A DNA stretch of 64,000 bases, from NCBI GenBank assembly GCA_963665095.1, contig OY762069.1, positions 3,648,001-3,712,000 on the forward strand, in the 5' to 3' direction. Shown here one piece after another: positions 32,427-42,518 of this stretch. The DNA is from an uncultured Desulfobacter sp. Lineage in GTDB: Bacteria > Desulfobacterota > Desulfobacteria > Desulfobacterales > Desulfobacteraceae. The translations under genes were made by a program, and so were the position numbers. The first letter of the stretch is position 1, and the number at the start of each line of letters is the position of its first letter. Below the pieces are notes generated by a model. The model saw nothing but the letters and a program-made list of their open reading frames with translations. It had not been told where the DNA came from and ran no database searches.

Positions 32427-34867
32427 CTATTTCCAATCCCCGGTCACTTGAAATGCAGCCCAATAAAAAGGATGATTAAATTTTGTATTGGATGATTTCT
32501 GGTTGATGGACATGCCCCGATTTATCAGGTTTTGCGTATCTGTCTGTATGCCTAAAAGGGATAGCTGAGCTAATTGAAGTGCTTTGGTCGGCCGCTGACC
32601 CGTCAACAGGTGTTCATAAAAGTTAATCATCAGCAAGGATGTGGCCTCATCGGAAACCTTCCAGAGAGAGGACATCAAAGCTGGTGTACCCGCATAGAGC
32701 ATACCCCGGGTAAGGCCGACCACCTCATCCCCGACACTGATTTCACCAATTCCGGTTTCACAGGCTGACATAGTGACAAAACGAGCGTTCAGGGCAACTT
32801 TCATTATTTCCCAGGCTTCAAGCCGGCCATCCGTATGATTGTCCCTGGCCAACAGCATTGCACTGCGACTCGGGCTTTGCCGGTTAAACTCACCATGGCA
32901 GGCCAAATGTACAACATCTGCCCGGGGGGCTTGTTCTATAAACGCAGATTCTGTGGCATCCGAACCTGTCAGTATTGTTACTTTGGGATTGCTTTTACCC
33001 TTAAAAAACAGGGCACCTAACTGGTTGGCCTCTTGTGCCGCCCCCGGAAGGGCCCACTGATCCTCCGTCATACCCGGTAGTGTTACCGAAAGATCCGGAT
33101 TTCCAAAAGCCAGAAAGCTGTCAATGGGGCGGCCTGTTCTTTCCCTGCAAAAGGGTAAGATTCCGGCTGCCGGCAGAATTGAAATTTCAGACCGTTCAAT
33201 CAGCCATCCCTGACCGTCATGCAGGGAGGTGAACGGCAGGGTGTGCAATGGCCCGTGGGGAACGATGACCACGCGCCGGGGCAGCCCTTCAGGAAAGGCA
33301 TCCCCGAACAAGGCTTTGTATAGGGCCCGGGCTTTGGGACTGGGATCACCGGTACCGGTGCAGATACTCTTACGAAGCTCAGCAACCATGGCTGAAATTC
33401 TGCGCTCCGGCTGCGCAATGTGATGCACTTGAAGGCCGGAGGTATTGCCCACAAACATCAGCCCCTGATTTTCATTAAGCATAAATTCCACCAGGGTAAC
33501 ATTATCGAAGTAGGGCTTCATCGTGTTCCAGGAGGGGGACTGGGCTGTGACAAAAGAGGCCAGTTCCTTATCACTGGAGGTTAATGCATCCTGGGCGTTT
33601 TGAACACTTCGATTAGCCGCCTCCCGGCTTTCAAGGCTCTTTTTACCACCGTCGGCAAAAACAGATCCAATGGAAGATTTAAATACATTTTCGGTCCGGA
33701 AAGCCAGATAACTGGCCTCCACTTCCTTGTTTTTTCCCAGGGTTTTGCCTTCCAGCAAATCTGCCAGAGCCCGGGCTTTTGATTTTTCAACGATGGCAAA
33801 TGCCTTTTCTATTTCACCATGCATGGCATACCTGATGGCCAATCGTTCATAAGGACGGCCACGGTCTTTTAAAAAATGCCGCTTATAGGAATCTTTCTGC
33901 AAGGCGCTTCGTTCGGTTTCAGCGATGCTGACTGCCTTTTCATAGTGTTCAACAGCCGTTTCAGGCTGTCCCAGATTTTCATAACAATCACCCAGGGCAT
34001 CATGGGCAGTCCATAGGTACTCTCCGCCCAGGGCCGGTGATTGGTGTATGGTTTGGCAATAGGCTTCCAGCTGGGAAGCCGCAGCTTGATAGCTGCCTTC
34101 GAGATAATCTGCATAACCAAAGTAAAATTGTTTTTTGGTTCTGAAATAAAGATTGCTCTCGTTCATTATGCTTCCGGGCACATAAAAGGCTTCTGTGCCG
34201 CCGACAGCCAATATCATGGGAAATGCCACAACCGTCAGGGCAGCCACGCCCGTATCCCCTTTAAAATCTTTTTGATCAATATGTTCTGCGTATTTTCTCA
34301 GCAACCTCGGATCTTTCAGGTGAACGCCAAGGTTCAGCAACCCGGCGTTATAGCCTGGCTTGGCCCACTGCCACTGCTTTTTACTCATGCACCGTTCCAT
34401 CTTCGCCATTGAGATACGGATATCTTCCAGTGCCCTGAAGGTTTTAAGGTCATCGCCATCCAGCAACGATCGCTGCACCATCAGCGGGTGAGCCACCCCA
34501 TAGCTGTAGGAATACCGGCAATCCTCTAGAGTGGGATCGCTGCCATCCGTCATATCCATGGAGTACTCCATGGCTGACAAGGCTGTTTTCAACGCCCTGT
34601 CAAACCGTTCGATTTCACCGGTTTTCAAGGCCGATTCCAGATACGGTGTGATAACTTCCGGCATATTACGAAAATCAATTTGTATTACAATATCCGACCA
34701 GCCCCCTTTCACACTCCTGCTTTCCTGGTCCTTGAGAACATTTTCAATGTGGGCAATGAATGCATCACCGATCAGAAATACTTTTTCATGGTTTCCCAAT
34801 TGTGTATACACCCGCATCAAAGCATCTATCTCCTCTTGCCGCAGCTTTAAGGCCATTTGTTCGGGGG
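32427..34867 (-). pseudogene. TPR-CHAT (caspase-like) lipoprotein, 3' part, interrupted by IS110
   Basis: TPR segments, EKSKARAL, IVPHGPLHTLPF, catalytic HLACHG and MSACETG, HPFYWAAF. Confidence 0.88.
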
Positions 34868-34979
34868 TCACCCATTAAAGGCCGGGTCAAGAGAAAAAAC
34901 ACCTCCCCGTGAAAAAAATTCCTTTTTTTCTTGACCCTCGCACTATTTGTAATTTTTCAAAATCGACAGCTTTTTTCCC

Positions 34980-35285
34980 TGTCCGCGCCTGTTATTTCGT
35001 CGTGTGGTTCACGGAAATGATCCGCACCAGTCACCCATCAGGTTCAAGGCAGATGTGTACCAGGCAAAATGCGTGGTACACGGCCCCTGGTCCGTTCGGA
35101 CCCCAGAAAATCTTCAGTGCCGTACCGTGGCTAATTGTTTGTTTTCAAATCTTATGGTTGTTAACCAACCCCTTACAGGCTCACGGCACAGGCGAATCAG
35201 GATATAAAAAACTGTGTGGCTGCAGCAGTTGCCAATCAAACCTAATGGTTCATACCAACCCCTGAAATGGTTCGCTGCTGCAGCC
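34980..35285 (-). ncRNA. Predicted bridge/seek RNA of the IS110 element
   Basis: Stems GGCTGCAGCAG/CTGCTGCAGCC, GTGCCGT/ACGGCAC and GTGTACCA/TGGTACAC; 8-nt matches to the target flank and to the element end. Boundaries approximate. Confidence 0.7.
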
Positions 35286-35290
35286 TTAAT

Positions 35291-36307
35291 TTACCGGCAA
35301 AAAAGACCTACCTCATCAAAGGGGATCTGATCCCGCATGATATAGTAGGATGCACGGCAAATTTTGTTGCTCAACGCTTTGGTGGCTACAATCCCGTTTC
35401 GTTTGGCATTTTTGCGCTGGAAAAATTTTCTTGCTTCCGGGCAATACCTTTTTGCAAAATTTGCAGCTTCTACATATGCCCAGGCAAGATACTTGTTTCC
35501 GTTTTTTGTATTATTTCTTCCTTTCTTCTTCCCATTGGATATTTTTTCACTTTTAACACAACGGCAATAGGAAGAATAGCATCCTACCTTGGCAAACCGT
35601 TTGATCTCGCCAACCTCAAGCATGATAGTCAGTGCCAGAATATTGCCGACACCCGGTATTGTTTTAAGCATTTCAAAGGCTTTTTTCATTTTAACCTGGG
35701 AAAGCGCCTGTCGTTCAATCGCTTTGATGGAATTACTCAGGTCCTTGATGGTCCTGATCTGAAGTGCTGCCATGAACCCCTGATTTGAATCAAACATTTG
35801 ATGAACCTCAGGTTCCTTCAATTTTTTGATCGCATTACCTGACATTTTTATGCCAAGTTGCCTTGTTACCATGCTTTGTAAACTCAAAATTTGAGTTGTT
35901 CTTTGCTGCACAAACAAAAGTCTTCGGCGTAAAATATCCCGGACAGCTCTTTCTTCCCGAGGATAAATGTAGCCTTCCGGCAGAATGTTTAACCGCCTCA
36001 TGTGTGCGAGCCAGAAGGAGTCCCACTTGTCGTCGGTATACTTGAGCCCTTCGTACTGTTGAATGGCTGACGGGTTGGCCAGATGAACTCTATAGCCGTT
36101 TTCCTCAAGGCCATCAACCAGCCAGTACCAGTTGTAGGTTGATTCTACCACGATACCTTCCAGATTTTGTCTGAACGGTTCCAGAATTTGAAGTACATCC
36201 GGCAAATTATTGTCAAGCCGTTTTCCAAATAACCGTTTGTCATTTTCATCAATGATTCCTACGTAATTATTGCTTGAATGCAAATCAATTCCAGCGTAGA
36301 GTTTCAT
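35291..36307 (-). CDS. IS110-family recombinase/transposase
   Basis: DEDD domain (YAGIDLH, VVES, TDDKWDS), TIPGVG, ISNGK, GNKYL. Confidence 0.95.
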   Translation of the reverse strand: MKLYAGIDLHSSNNYVGIIDENDKRLFGKRLDNNLPDVLQILEPFRQNLEGIVVESTYNWYWLVDGLEENGYRVHLANPSAIQQYEGLKYTDDKWDSFWLAHMRRLNILPEGYIYPREERAVRDILRRRLLFVQQRTTQILSLQSMVTRQLGIKMSGNAIKKLKEPEVHQMFDSNQGFMAALQIRTIKDLSNSIKAIERQALSQVKMKKAFEMLKTIPGVGNILALTIMLEVGEIKRFAKVGCYSSYCRCVKSEKISNGKKKGRNNTKNGNKYLAWAYVEAANFAKRYCPEARKFFQRKNAKRNGIVATKALSNKICRASYYIMRDQIPFDEVGLFCR

Positions 36308-36489
36308 TTGGCACCTCCTAAATCCAAAGTGTTCTTGTTGAACTGGTACTATAGCAATCGTTGCTATAGTTAGGGAGGTGTCACTTTTTTTTCTAATTTG
36401 CGAGGACCTGCCATCATACGATTCTATGAAAAATATCTGTGATGACAGGTAGCTTTCGTTCCTGCTTTCGCCTGGCCTTTATATGATTA

Positions 36490-36673
36490 TCAAACCTTTT
36501 TCCATCTTTTTGGCCAGGGTCAAAGCCTCGGTCCATTTTCCGCTCATGGCCAATTCCTGGCTCATGGCTTTTAGCCGCTGTCCACGCATTTGCCCCCCGG
36601 CGCAGCCGGTAATAAGCATCAGGGCGGCCCCAAAAGAGGCTATTGAAAACAGGCAGTATCTAAAATTGTTCAT
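36490..36673 (-). pseudogene. TPR-CHAT lipoprotein, 5' part
   Basis: Lipoprotein signal LMLITG-C; joins in frame to 34867 (KGLTPEQM) when the IS is removed. Confidence 0.78.
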
Positions 36674-36703
36674 GAAGTCCTCCAGCACAGCATACTTTGA
36701 ACT

Positions 36704-37669
36704 CTAATTTTGAAGTGCAGCATAACGGGTCACCAACTTATGACCGGCTCGTTCCATGGCATTCAGCAACTTTGCTGAAAATTCGATGTTATCACAGAAA
36801 GATACAACCACAGCCCCGCTGGCCGTATCAATCATATCCAGATTGATAAGAATGGTATCGCCTTGCAGAAGAATGGATCCACCAACCATTTTGGAGACAC
36901 CCAGTGCCTTTCCCATCTCCATCAGGCAGGATTGATTACAGGGGATTACCGGTTTATTTTGCTGCTCCGAGAGGAGCAGGTTCATCTCCTTAACACCAAG
37001 AATATTAAAGTAAGCGGTTCTTTCCAGCACCGAACGAAAATAGTTACTGAGAATAACTTCTTCTGTTTTAGACAGCCCTGCAGCGCCAATATCTGCCACG
37101 GCAATCATTTCAGGTGAATCCATGGGTTTGGGTAAATTTTCAGCCAGAGCCGTTTTGTAGCCTGAGGACGACAAGGTGGTCTCTTTGTGCTTCAATTCCC
37201 TTTCGATCTCCCTGAAAACCTCGCGAACCATCATTTCGGTGGTACCCATGTACACCAAGGCCACATTTGAGGTCCCGCCGGCCAGTTTCTCGCCGGTTTT
37301 CCGGTCTGATATTTTCACCCGGAACCGGTTGAGCTTCAAACCTAGAAGGTCTCTATTGCAATCATACCTGAACATGGCGATCATTTCTGCATCCTGCTCT
37401 GATGTGACAAATCTAAAACCCATTTTTTCCAACTCATCCACCACAAAGGGCTTTAAATTCATTTTGTCGTCATGGGAATATTTCATAAAAATTGTTTTAT
37501 TGAAAAATTGAAATATCTCTGATGCCACCTCCGTTGAGACAGTGGCGCCGGCAGCAGACACGCTTGAACTCGTGAGAAATATCATGCCAGCAACGCACAG
37601 GATCATGTATTTGGCAAAATAGAAAAGCCTGTCTACAGTTCGAAATTTTGTTTCAGCCGGATGAATCAT
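36704..37669 (-). CDS. Hypothetical exported two-domain protein (CsgG/TolB-N-like fold possible)
   Basis: Long ORF with N-terminal hydrophobic segment; CNQSCLMEMGKALGVSKMVGGSI; directly upstream of the CHAT gene. Confidence 0.65.
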   Translation of the reverse strand: MIHPAETKFRTVDRLFYFAKYMILCVAGMIFLTSSSVSAAGATVSTEVASEIFQFFNKTIFMKYSHDDKMNLKPFVVDELEKMGFRFVTSEQDAEMIAMFRYDCNRDLLGLKLNRFRVKISDRKTGEKLAGGTSNVALVYMGTTEMMVREVFREIERELKHKETTLSSSGYKTALAENLPKPMDSPEMIAVADIGAAGLSKTEEVILSNYFRSVLERTAYFNILGVKEMNLLLSEQQNKPVIPCNQSCLMEMGKALGVSKMVGGSILLQGDTILINLDMIDTASGAVVVSFCDNIEFSAKLLNAMERAGHKLVTRYAALQN

Positions 37670-38316
37670 AGGATCCTCTTCAAGAAAATGGCGCATTAAA
37701 AGCAAAAAAATTGCTTTTTGTTAAAAACTTAAAAAAAAGGGACAGGAACTTGATAGTTTAAAAAATATTGAAAACTTTTTATATAAATAGTGCCTGGACG
37801 AAAACCCCGTGTGACTTGCTTTATCAGAAGGAAATAATTGAAGTCAAGCCTCAAATCCACCTCCTAATTTGAGGATGCCCCTGTGCATATCATTTTCAGG
37901 GTGGCGCAAATCCGGGGGTAATGGCCGCCTGAATCAAGCCCTGCTTCACCCCCTTGAAAATGTGCTCAGGGATTTAAAGCGACGCCTGGAGATCCACCGT
38001 ACAAACATCACAGCAAAAATTCGATGATTTTGTATATTTAATATAATTTTTTGGACAATTAATTTATTATCCACATATTTTTTGATTTTTTATGAGTTTG
38101 ATGCAATTTTTTATTGACTCGCTTTATTTTAAGTATATAAAGTATTATATATGTAACTGATGCCGAATGAATAATACCCCGGCAATCTGCCATTATCTCC
38201 GGCATTGCAAAAATCACGGCCCTGTCCGATTTCCAATAGTCGGTCAGATCCTCAAAAACAGGCATGAACGCGGTCTAACGGCGTCTGGTGGTTCATGCAG
38301 ATAAAAAGGAGACTAA

Positions 38317-39165
38317 ATGGATACCTATTACATCAATGGCGAATTTGTACCCGAAGACAAAGCCGTTCTCAGCGTAAAGGATATTACCGTCCTGCGGGGA
38401 TTCGGTGTTTTTGACTTCCTCATCACCTATAACAAACGCCCGTTCCGCCTGGAAAAGCATGTGGCACGCCTTGAAAATTCCGCCTCTCACATCGGACTGA
38501 AACTGAACCATACCAATGCTGAGATCTGCGATATTGTCAGACAGAGCATTGAAAAAAATCCCCAGCATGACGAGTATAACATCCGTATTGTCTATACCGG
38601 CGGCATCAGCCCGGACGGTGTTACACCCCAGGGTAACGGCGAACTGATGGTCATGGTTACGGGCAGGCATAAACTGCCCGACTGGTGGTACACAAAAGGG
38701 GCCAAGGTTATCACCGTTGACATGGAACGGTTCATCCCTGAAGCCAAAAGCACCAATTACCTGTCCGCAGTATTTGCCCAGCAGAAAGCCTTAAGTCAGG
38801 ATGCCATTGAAGCCATTTACAAAGACCGGGAGAACCGCCTTCTTGAAGGCACTACCACCAACATTTTCTGCTTCAAGGATGGCAAGCTGATCACCCCGCC
38901 TGCAGATATTCTTCCCGGCGTCACCCGGGGTGCGGTCCTGGAACAGCTGGAAAACAAATATGACATTGTCCTGGACTACATTCCTTATTCAAATTTGGCT
39001 GATATGGATGAAGTATTCATTACCGCGTCCAACAAAGAGATTGTGCCCATTGTCCAGGTGGACGATATCACCATTGCAGACGGCAAACCCGGAAAGAATA
39101 CGTTAGACCTGATGGCAGACTGGAAAAAATACACCACTGCCTATGGACTCGGAGAGGCAGACTGA
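38317..39165 (+). CDS. Class IV PLP aminotransferase (D-amino-acid/branched-chain type)
   Basis: RGFGVFD, HVARL, AKSTNY, EGTTTNIF, ILPGVTR, DEVFIT. Confidence 0.9.
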   Translation: MDTYYINGEFVPEDKAVLSVKDITVLRGFGVFDFLITYNKRPFRLEKHVARLENSASHIGLKLNHTNAEICDIVRQSIEKNPQHDEYNIRIVYTGGISPDGVTPQGNGELMVMVTGRHKLPDWWYTKGAKVITVDMERFIPEAKSTNYLSAVFAQQKALSQDAIEAIYKDRENRLLEGTTTNIFCFKDGKLITPPADILPGVTRGAVLEQLENKYDIVLDYIPYSNLADMDEVFITASNKEIVPIVQVDDITIADGKPGKNTLDLMADWKKYTTAYGLGEAD

Positions 39166-40334
39166 TGAAGCAGACAGAGACCACCGCACTTTTACCCCAG
39201 AGCCGGGTGAACGTGGATCTGTCCGCCTTTGCCCACAATATAAAAACACTTAAAGCCCGTATCCCGTCCACCACCCGGTTCTGTGCGGTGGTAAAGGCCA
39301 ATGCCTACGGCCATGGTGCGATCCAGTCTGCCAAAACCGCCACGGAGAACGGGGCTGATTTCCTGGCTGTTGCCCGGATTTCAGAGGCAGTGACCTTAAG
39401 AGAGGCGGGCCTCACCCTGCCCATTCTTCTCCTTGGCGAAGTGCTGCCCGAACAGGTGACCTATCTGGCAACCAACGGCATCCGTGCCAGCATCGGGGAT
39501 ATTCAGACGGCCAAAGCAGTGTCCGATGCCGCCCGTGCCGCCGGCCTTAAATTGAAGGCGCACATTAAGCTTGATACCGGTATGGGACGATTAGGTTTCA
39601 TTCCGGAGGATATGGTTGCCGGAGATGGCGCTGCTTCCTGCGGCATCCGCCAGGCCGATTTGATTGCCGGCCTCAAAGGCCTGGAGGTTGAAGGGGTGTA
39701 TACCCATTTTGCCAAAGCCGATATCAGGGACAAAAACCATGTCAAAGGCCAGCTGGCCCGGTTTAACAACATGGTGTCCGTGCTGGCGGATATGGAAATC
39801 CGACCTGCCATCCGCCATGCAGCAAACTCTGCCGCCCTTCTTGAGCTGCCCGCAGCCCATTTTGATATGGTTCGTCCGGGAGTTGCCATGTACGGCATGG
39901 CCCCGTCCGACGAGGTGGACATTGAAGGCCCCGGACTGAAACCGGTTATGTCCATCTCCTCAAAAATCATTTATGTCAAAACCGTGCCTGCCCATTTTAC
40001 CGTCAGTTACGGCGCCACCCATGAAACCCAGACCACAACCACCATTGCCACAGTGCCCATCGGATATGCCGACGGCTACAGCCGGCTGTTGTCCAACAGG
40101 GGCAGGATGCTGGTAAAAGGGCAGACAGCTCCCATTGTGGGGCGGGTCACCATGGATTTTACCATGATTGATGTAGGTCATATTCCAGGGGTGGAGATCG
40201 GAGATGATGTGATGGTCATGGGTACTCAGGACGACGAATGCATCCTGGCTGACGATATCGCCGACCTCACTGGGACCATCAACTACGAGGTGACAGCGGG
40301 TCTCACCGGCCGGATGCCCCTGTCATTTATTTAA
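39165..40334 (+). CDS. alr: Alanine racemase
   Basis: AVVKANAYGHG, HIKLDTGMGRLG, HAANS, VRPG, VSYG, GYADG. Confidence 0.95.
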   Translation: MKQTETTALLPQSRVNVDLSAFAHNIKTLKARIPSTTRFCAVVKANAYGHGAIQSAKTATENGADFLAVARISEAVTLREAGLTLPILLLGEVLPEQVTYLATNGIRASIGDIQTAKAVSDAARAAGLKLKAHIKLDTGMGRLGFIPEDMVAGDGAASCGIRQADLIAGLKGLEVEGVYTHFAKADIRDKNHVKGQLARFNNMVSVLADMEIRPAIRHAANSAALLELPAAHFDMVRPGVAMYGMAPSDEVDIEGPGLKPVMSISSKIIYVKTVPAHFTVSYGATHETQTTTTIATVPIGYADGYSRLLSNRGRMLVKGQTAPIVGRVTMDFTMIDVGHIPGVEIGDDVMVMGTQDDECILADDIADLTGTINYEVTAGLTGRMPLSFI

Positions 40335-40347
40335 AAGGAGGCCTGTC

Positions 40348-41592
40348 ATGCAGGCAAAACAGGAATTTAACTTTCAGACAGGCTCGTGGTTTAAGGAGAA
40401 TGCCGCTCCCGGGGATGCGTCTGTGATCATTGCCGGAGACTGGGCGCCCATCCGGGCGTTTGCGCCATTGATCGAATCAAATCCCGAAGCCATTTACGGA
40501 AATCTTCTCCCCCTTCTCCGGGATGCAGACGCAACCCTTGTCAATCTGGAGGCCCCTTTAAGCGATATCGGCCGCGAAGTCTGTAAAAGCGGGGCTGTCT
40601 TCAAGGGAGAGACCTGCCATGTCCAGGGGCTTTCCACTGTGCCGTTCACAGCGGTCACCCTCGCCAACAACCATATGTTTGATTTTGGCGTTGAGGCGTT
40701 TCAACAGACCGCAGAGGTTCTGGAACGGCACGGTATTGCCCACACCGGTGCCGGCATGAACAAAGAAGAGGCCGAATCTCCACTGATCATGGAGGCCAAC
40801 GGCCTGAAAGTTGCCATTATCAATATCAGCGAGGGCGAAGACCTGACAGGTGCCGGCCCCGGACCGGGTGTGGCAGGCTGGGATATCAAGGGGGCAGCTG
40901 CCACCATTGCAGAACTGAAAGCAAATCAGGCAGACAGCGGTATCTGCGCTGTCATTGCCGTGGTTCATTGCGGGCTTGAGTATGTTCCCTTTGCACCGAC
41001 CTATGTCACAACTGCATTCAGGGATCTTGCCGATGCTGGTGCAGACGCGGTGATCGGCCACCACCCCCACGTCCCCCAAGGGATTTTCTTCCACAACCAC
41101 ACCCCCATCTGCTGCAGCCTGGGCAATTTTGTTTTTTACCAGCCCACCCGTTTTTTCTGGCGCAAGCTGGGATATATGGTACGCCTGCATCTGTGTGAAA
41201 ACGGGCTTAAAGGCATTGATATCCTTCCCTACCAGATTCATGACAATGGGGTGGACATGCTTTCAGGCAGTGCAAAGGAATATTTTTTCCAACGGTTTAA
41301 AGAGATCAGCGACCCTTTGTCAACGCCTAAGGGATGTGAGACAGCCTGGCAGGGATTCCTGGATTATTACGGGGTTACAGGCCTTAAAAACGAGGTCGGC
41401 ATGATCCTGAACAAACTGGACGAAACCCCCGGCAAAGGTGCGGCCATGTTCCGGAACCGCCTGACAACGGCCCAGCACTATTACCACTGGACCGATCTTT
41501 TTACCCGGATCGTTAGCAATCAGATGGGAACCAGTCCGGACTGGGCACAGAAAATTGCCGAAGAGTGGATGACAAGACAGGTGGAAATATGA
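40348..41592 (+). CDS. CapA/PGA_cap-family metallophosphoesterase-fold protein, no signal peptide
   Basis: AGD, VNLEAP, LANNHMFDFG, VHCGLE, IGHHPHV, SLGNFVF. Confidence 0.9.
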   Translation: MQAKQEFNFQTGSWFKENAAPGDASVIIAGDWAPIRAFAPLIESNPEAIYGNLLPLLRDADATLVNLEAPLSDIGREVCKSGAVFKGETCHVQGLSTVPFTAVTLANNHMFDFGVEAFQQTAEVLERHGIAHTGAGMNKEEAESPLIMEANGLKVAIINISEGEDLTGAGPGPGVAGWDIKGAAATIAELKANQADSGICAVIAVVHCGLEYVPFAPTYVTTAFRDLADAGADAVIGHHPHVPQGIFFHNHTPICCSLGNFVFYQPTRFFWRKLGYMVRLHLCENGLKGIDILPYQIHDNGVDMLSGSAKEYFFQRFKEISDPLSTPKGCETAWQGFLDYYGVTGLKNEVGMILNKLDETPGKGAAMFRNRLTTAQHYYHWTDLFTRIVSNQMGTSPDWAQKIAEEWMTRQVEI

Positions 41593-42506
41593 GCGACAGG
41601 AAACAGACTAGGTTGCTGGTGACCGATTCCGGTTTAGGCGGACTGTCCGTGTGCGCCGGTATGGCCGCAAGGCTTGCGGACGATGTCCGGTACGACCGGG
41701 TGCACCTGATTTATTTTAATGCCTGGCCTGAGCAGTATAAGGGGTACAACCACTATCCGGACCCAACCGACCGGCCCAAGGTATTTCACAATGCCCTGGA
41801 TGCCATGGCCCGATTCAACCCGGACCATATTTTCATCGCCTGTAATACGTTATCAGTGATCTACCCTTTTACCCGGTTTGCAAAACAGACGCAAATCCCT
41901 GTTACCGGCATTGTGGATTACGGGGTGGAGATGATTTTCAATGCCCTGACCCGTGATCCGGACGCATCGGCCGTAATTTTTGCCACCCCGGCCACGATCC
42001 AGGAGGAGAGTCACAAAAAAGCCCTGATCCACAAGGGCATTGATCCTGACCGGATTATCACCCAGGGATGCCTGAATCTTGCCGGAAAAATTGAGCGAAG
42101 TCCCTTCAGCGATGAGGTCGGGGACCTCATTGATGACAATGCCGCACAGGCGGCTGGCAAACTGGGCGAAAGCAGGGGGGCACAATCAAGCGGTACTGTC
42201 TACGCCGGGCTTTGCTGCACCCATTTCGGCTATCGAAAAAAGAGTTTTGAACAGGATCTGGCCCGCCATACCGGCAGGCAGGTGCAGGTTCTCAACCCCA
42301 ACGAGGCCATGACCGACGGAGCCTGCCAGGGAATTATCCCGGGCGGGACACCGCAGATATCCATTGATATTGTATCCAGAGTTACCTGGGAGCCATCCAG
42401 AATTGAGGCCTATGACCGCCTTTTGTCACCCGTGTCTGAAAGTGTGGTAACGGCCCTGAAAAATTACCGGCTGGACAGCAATCTGTTCAGCATAGACATT
42501 GATTAA
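41589..42506 (+). CDS. Glutamate racemase-like Asp/Glu racemase
   Basis: DSGLGGLSV, IACNT, CCTHF (two-Cys racemase). Start overlaps the upstream stop (ATGA). Confidence 0.85.
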   Translation: MSDRKQTRLLVTDSGLGGLSVCAGMAARLADDVRYDRVHLIYFNAWPEQYKGYNHYPDPTDRPKVFHNALDAMARFNPDHIFIACNTLSVIYPFTRFAKQTQIPVTGIVDYGVEMIFNALTRDPDASAVIFATPATIQEESHKKALIHKGIDPDRIITQGCLNLAGKIERSPFSDEVGDLIDDNAAQAAGKLGESRGAQSSGTVYAGLCCTHFGYRKKSFEQDLARHTGRQVQVLNPNEAMTDGACQGIIPGGTPQISIDIVSRVTWEPSRIEAYDRLLSPVSESVVTALKNYRLDSNLFSIDID

Positions 42507-42518
42507 ATGAGGGGAAAA

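Larger units (their letters stand above)
34868..36489 (-). mobile_element. IS110-family (IS1111-type) element, about 1.62 kb
   Basis: TGA core at both junctions (36492-36490 and 34870-34868), subterminal inverted repeats TAAAGGCCRGG, long downstream non-coding region. Excision restores the CHAT reading frame. Confidence 0.85.

Noticed and set aside
34873..36488. Alternative IS110 boundaries (7 nt and 3 nt outside the subterminal inverted repeats), which also restore the frame and give a TTGACC-N17-TATAAA circle-junction promoter
   Set aside because: They give no duplicated core and do not explain the ATGGGTGA and GGGGTT guide matches. The TGA-core model is preferred, but only an empty allele can settle it.
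38160..38305. Riboswitch in the leader of the D-amino-acid operon
   Set aside because: Only one hairpin (GCATGAAC/GTTCATGC) was seen, with no recognisable aptamer consensus. An Rfam search would be needed.
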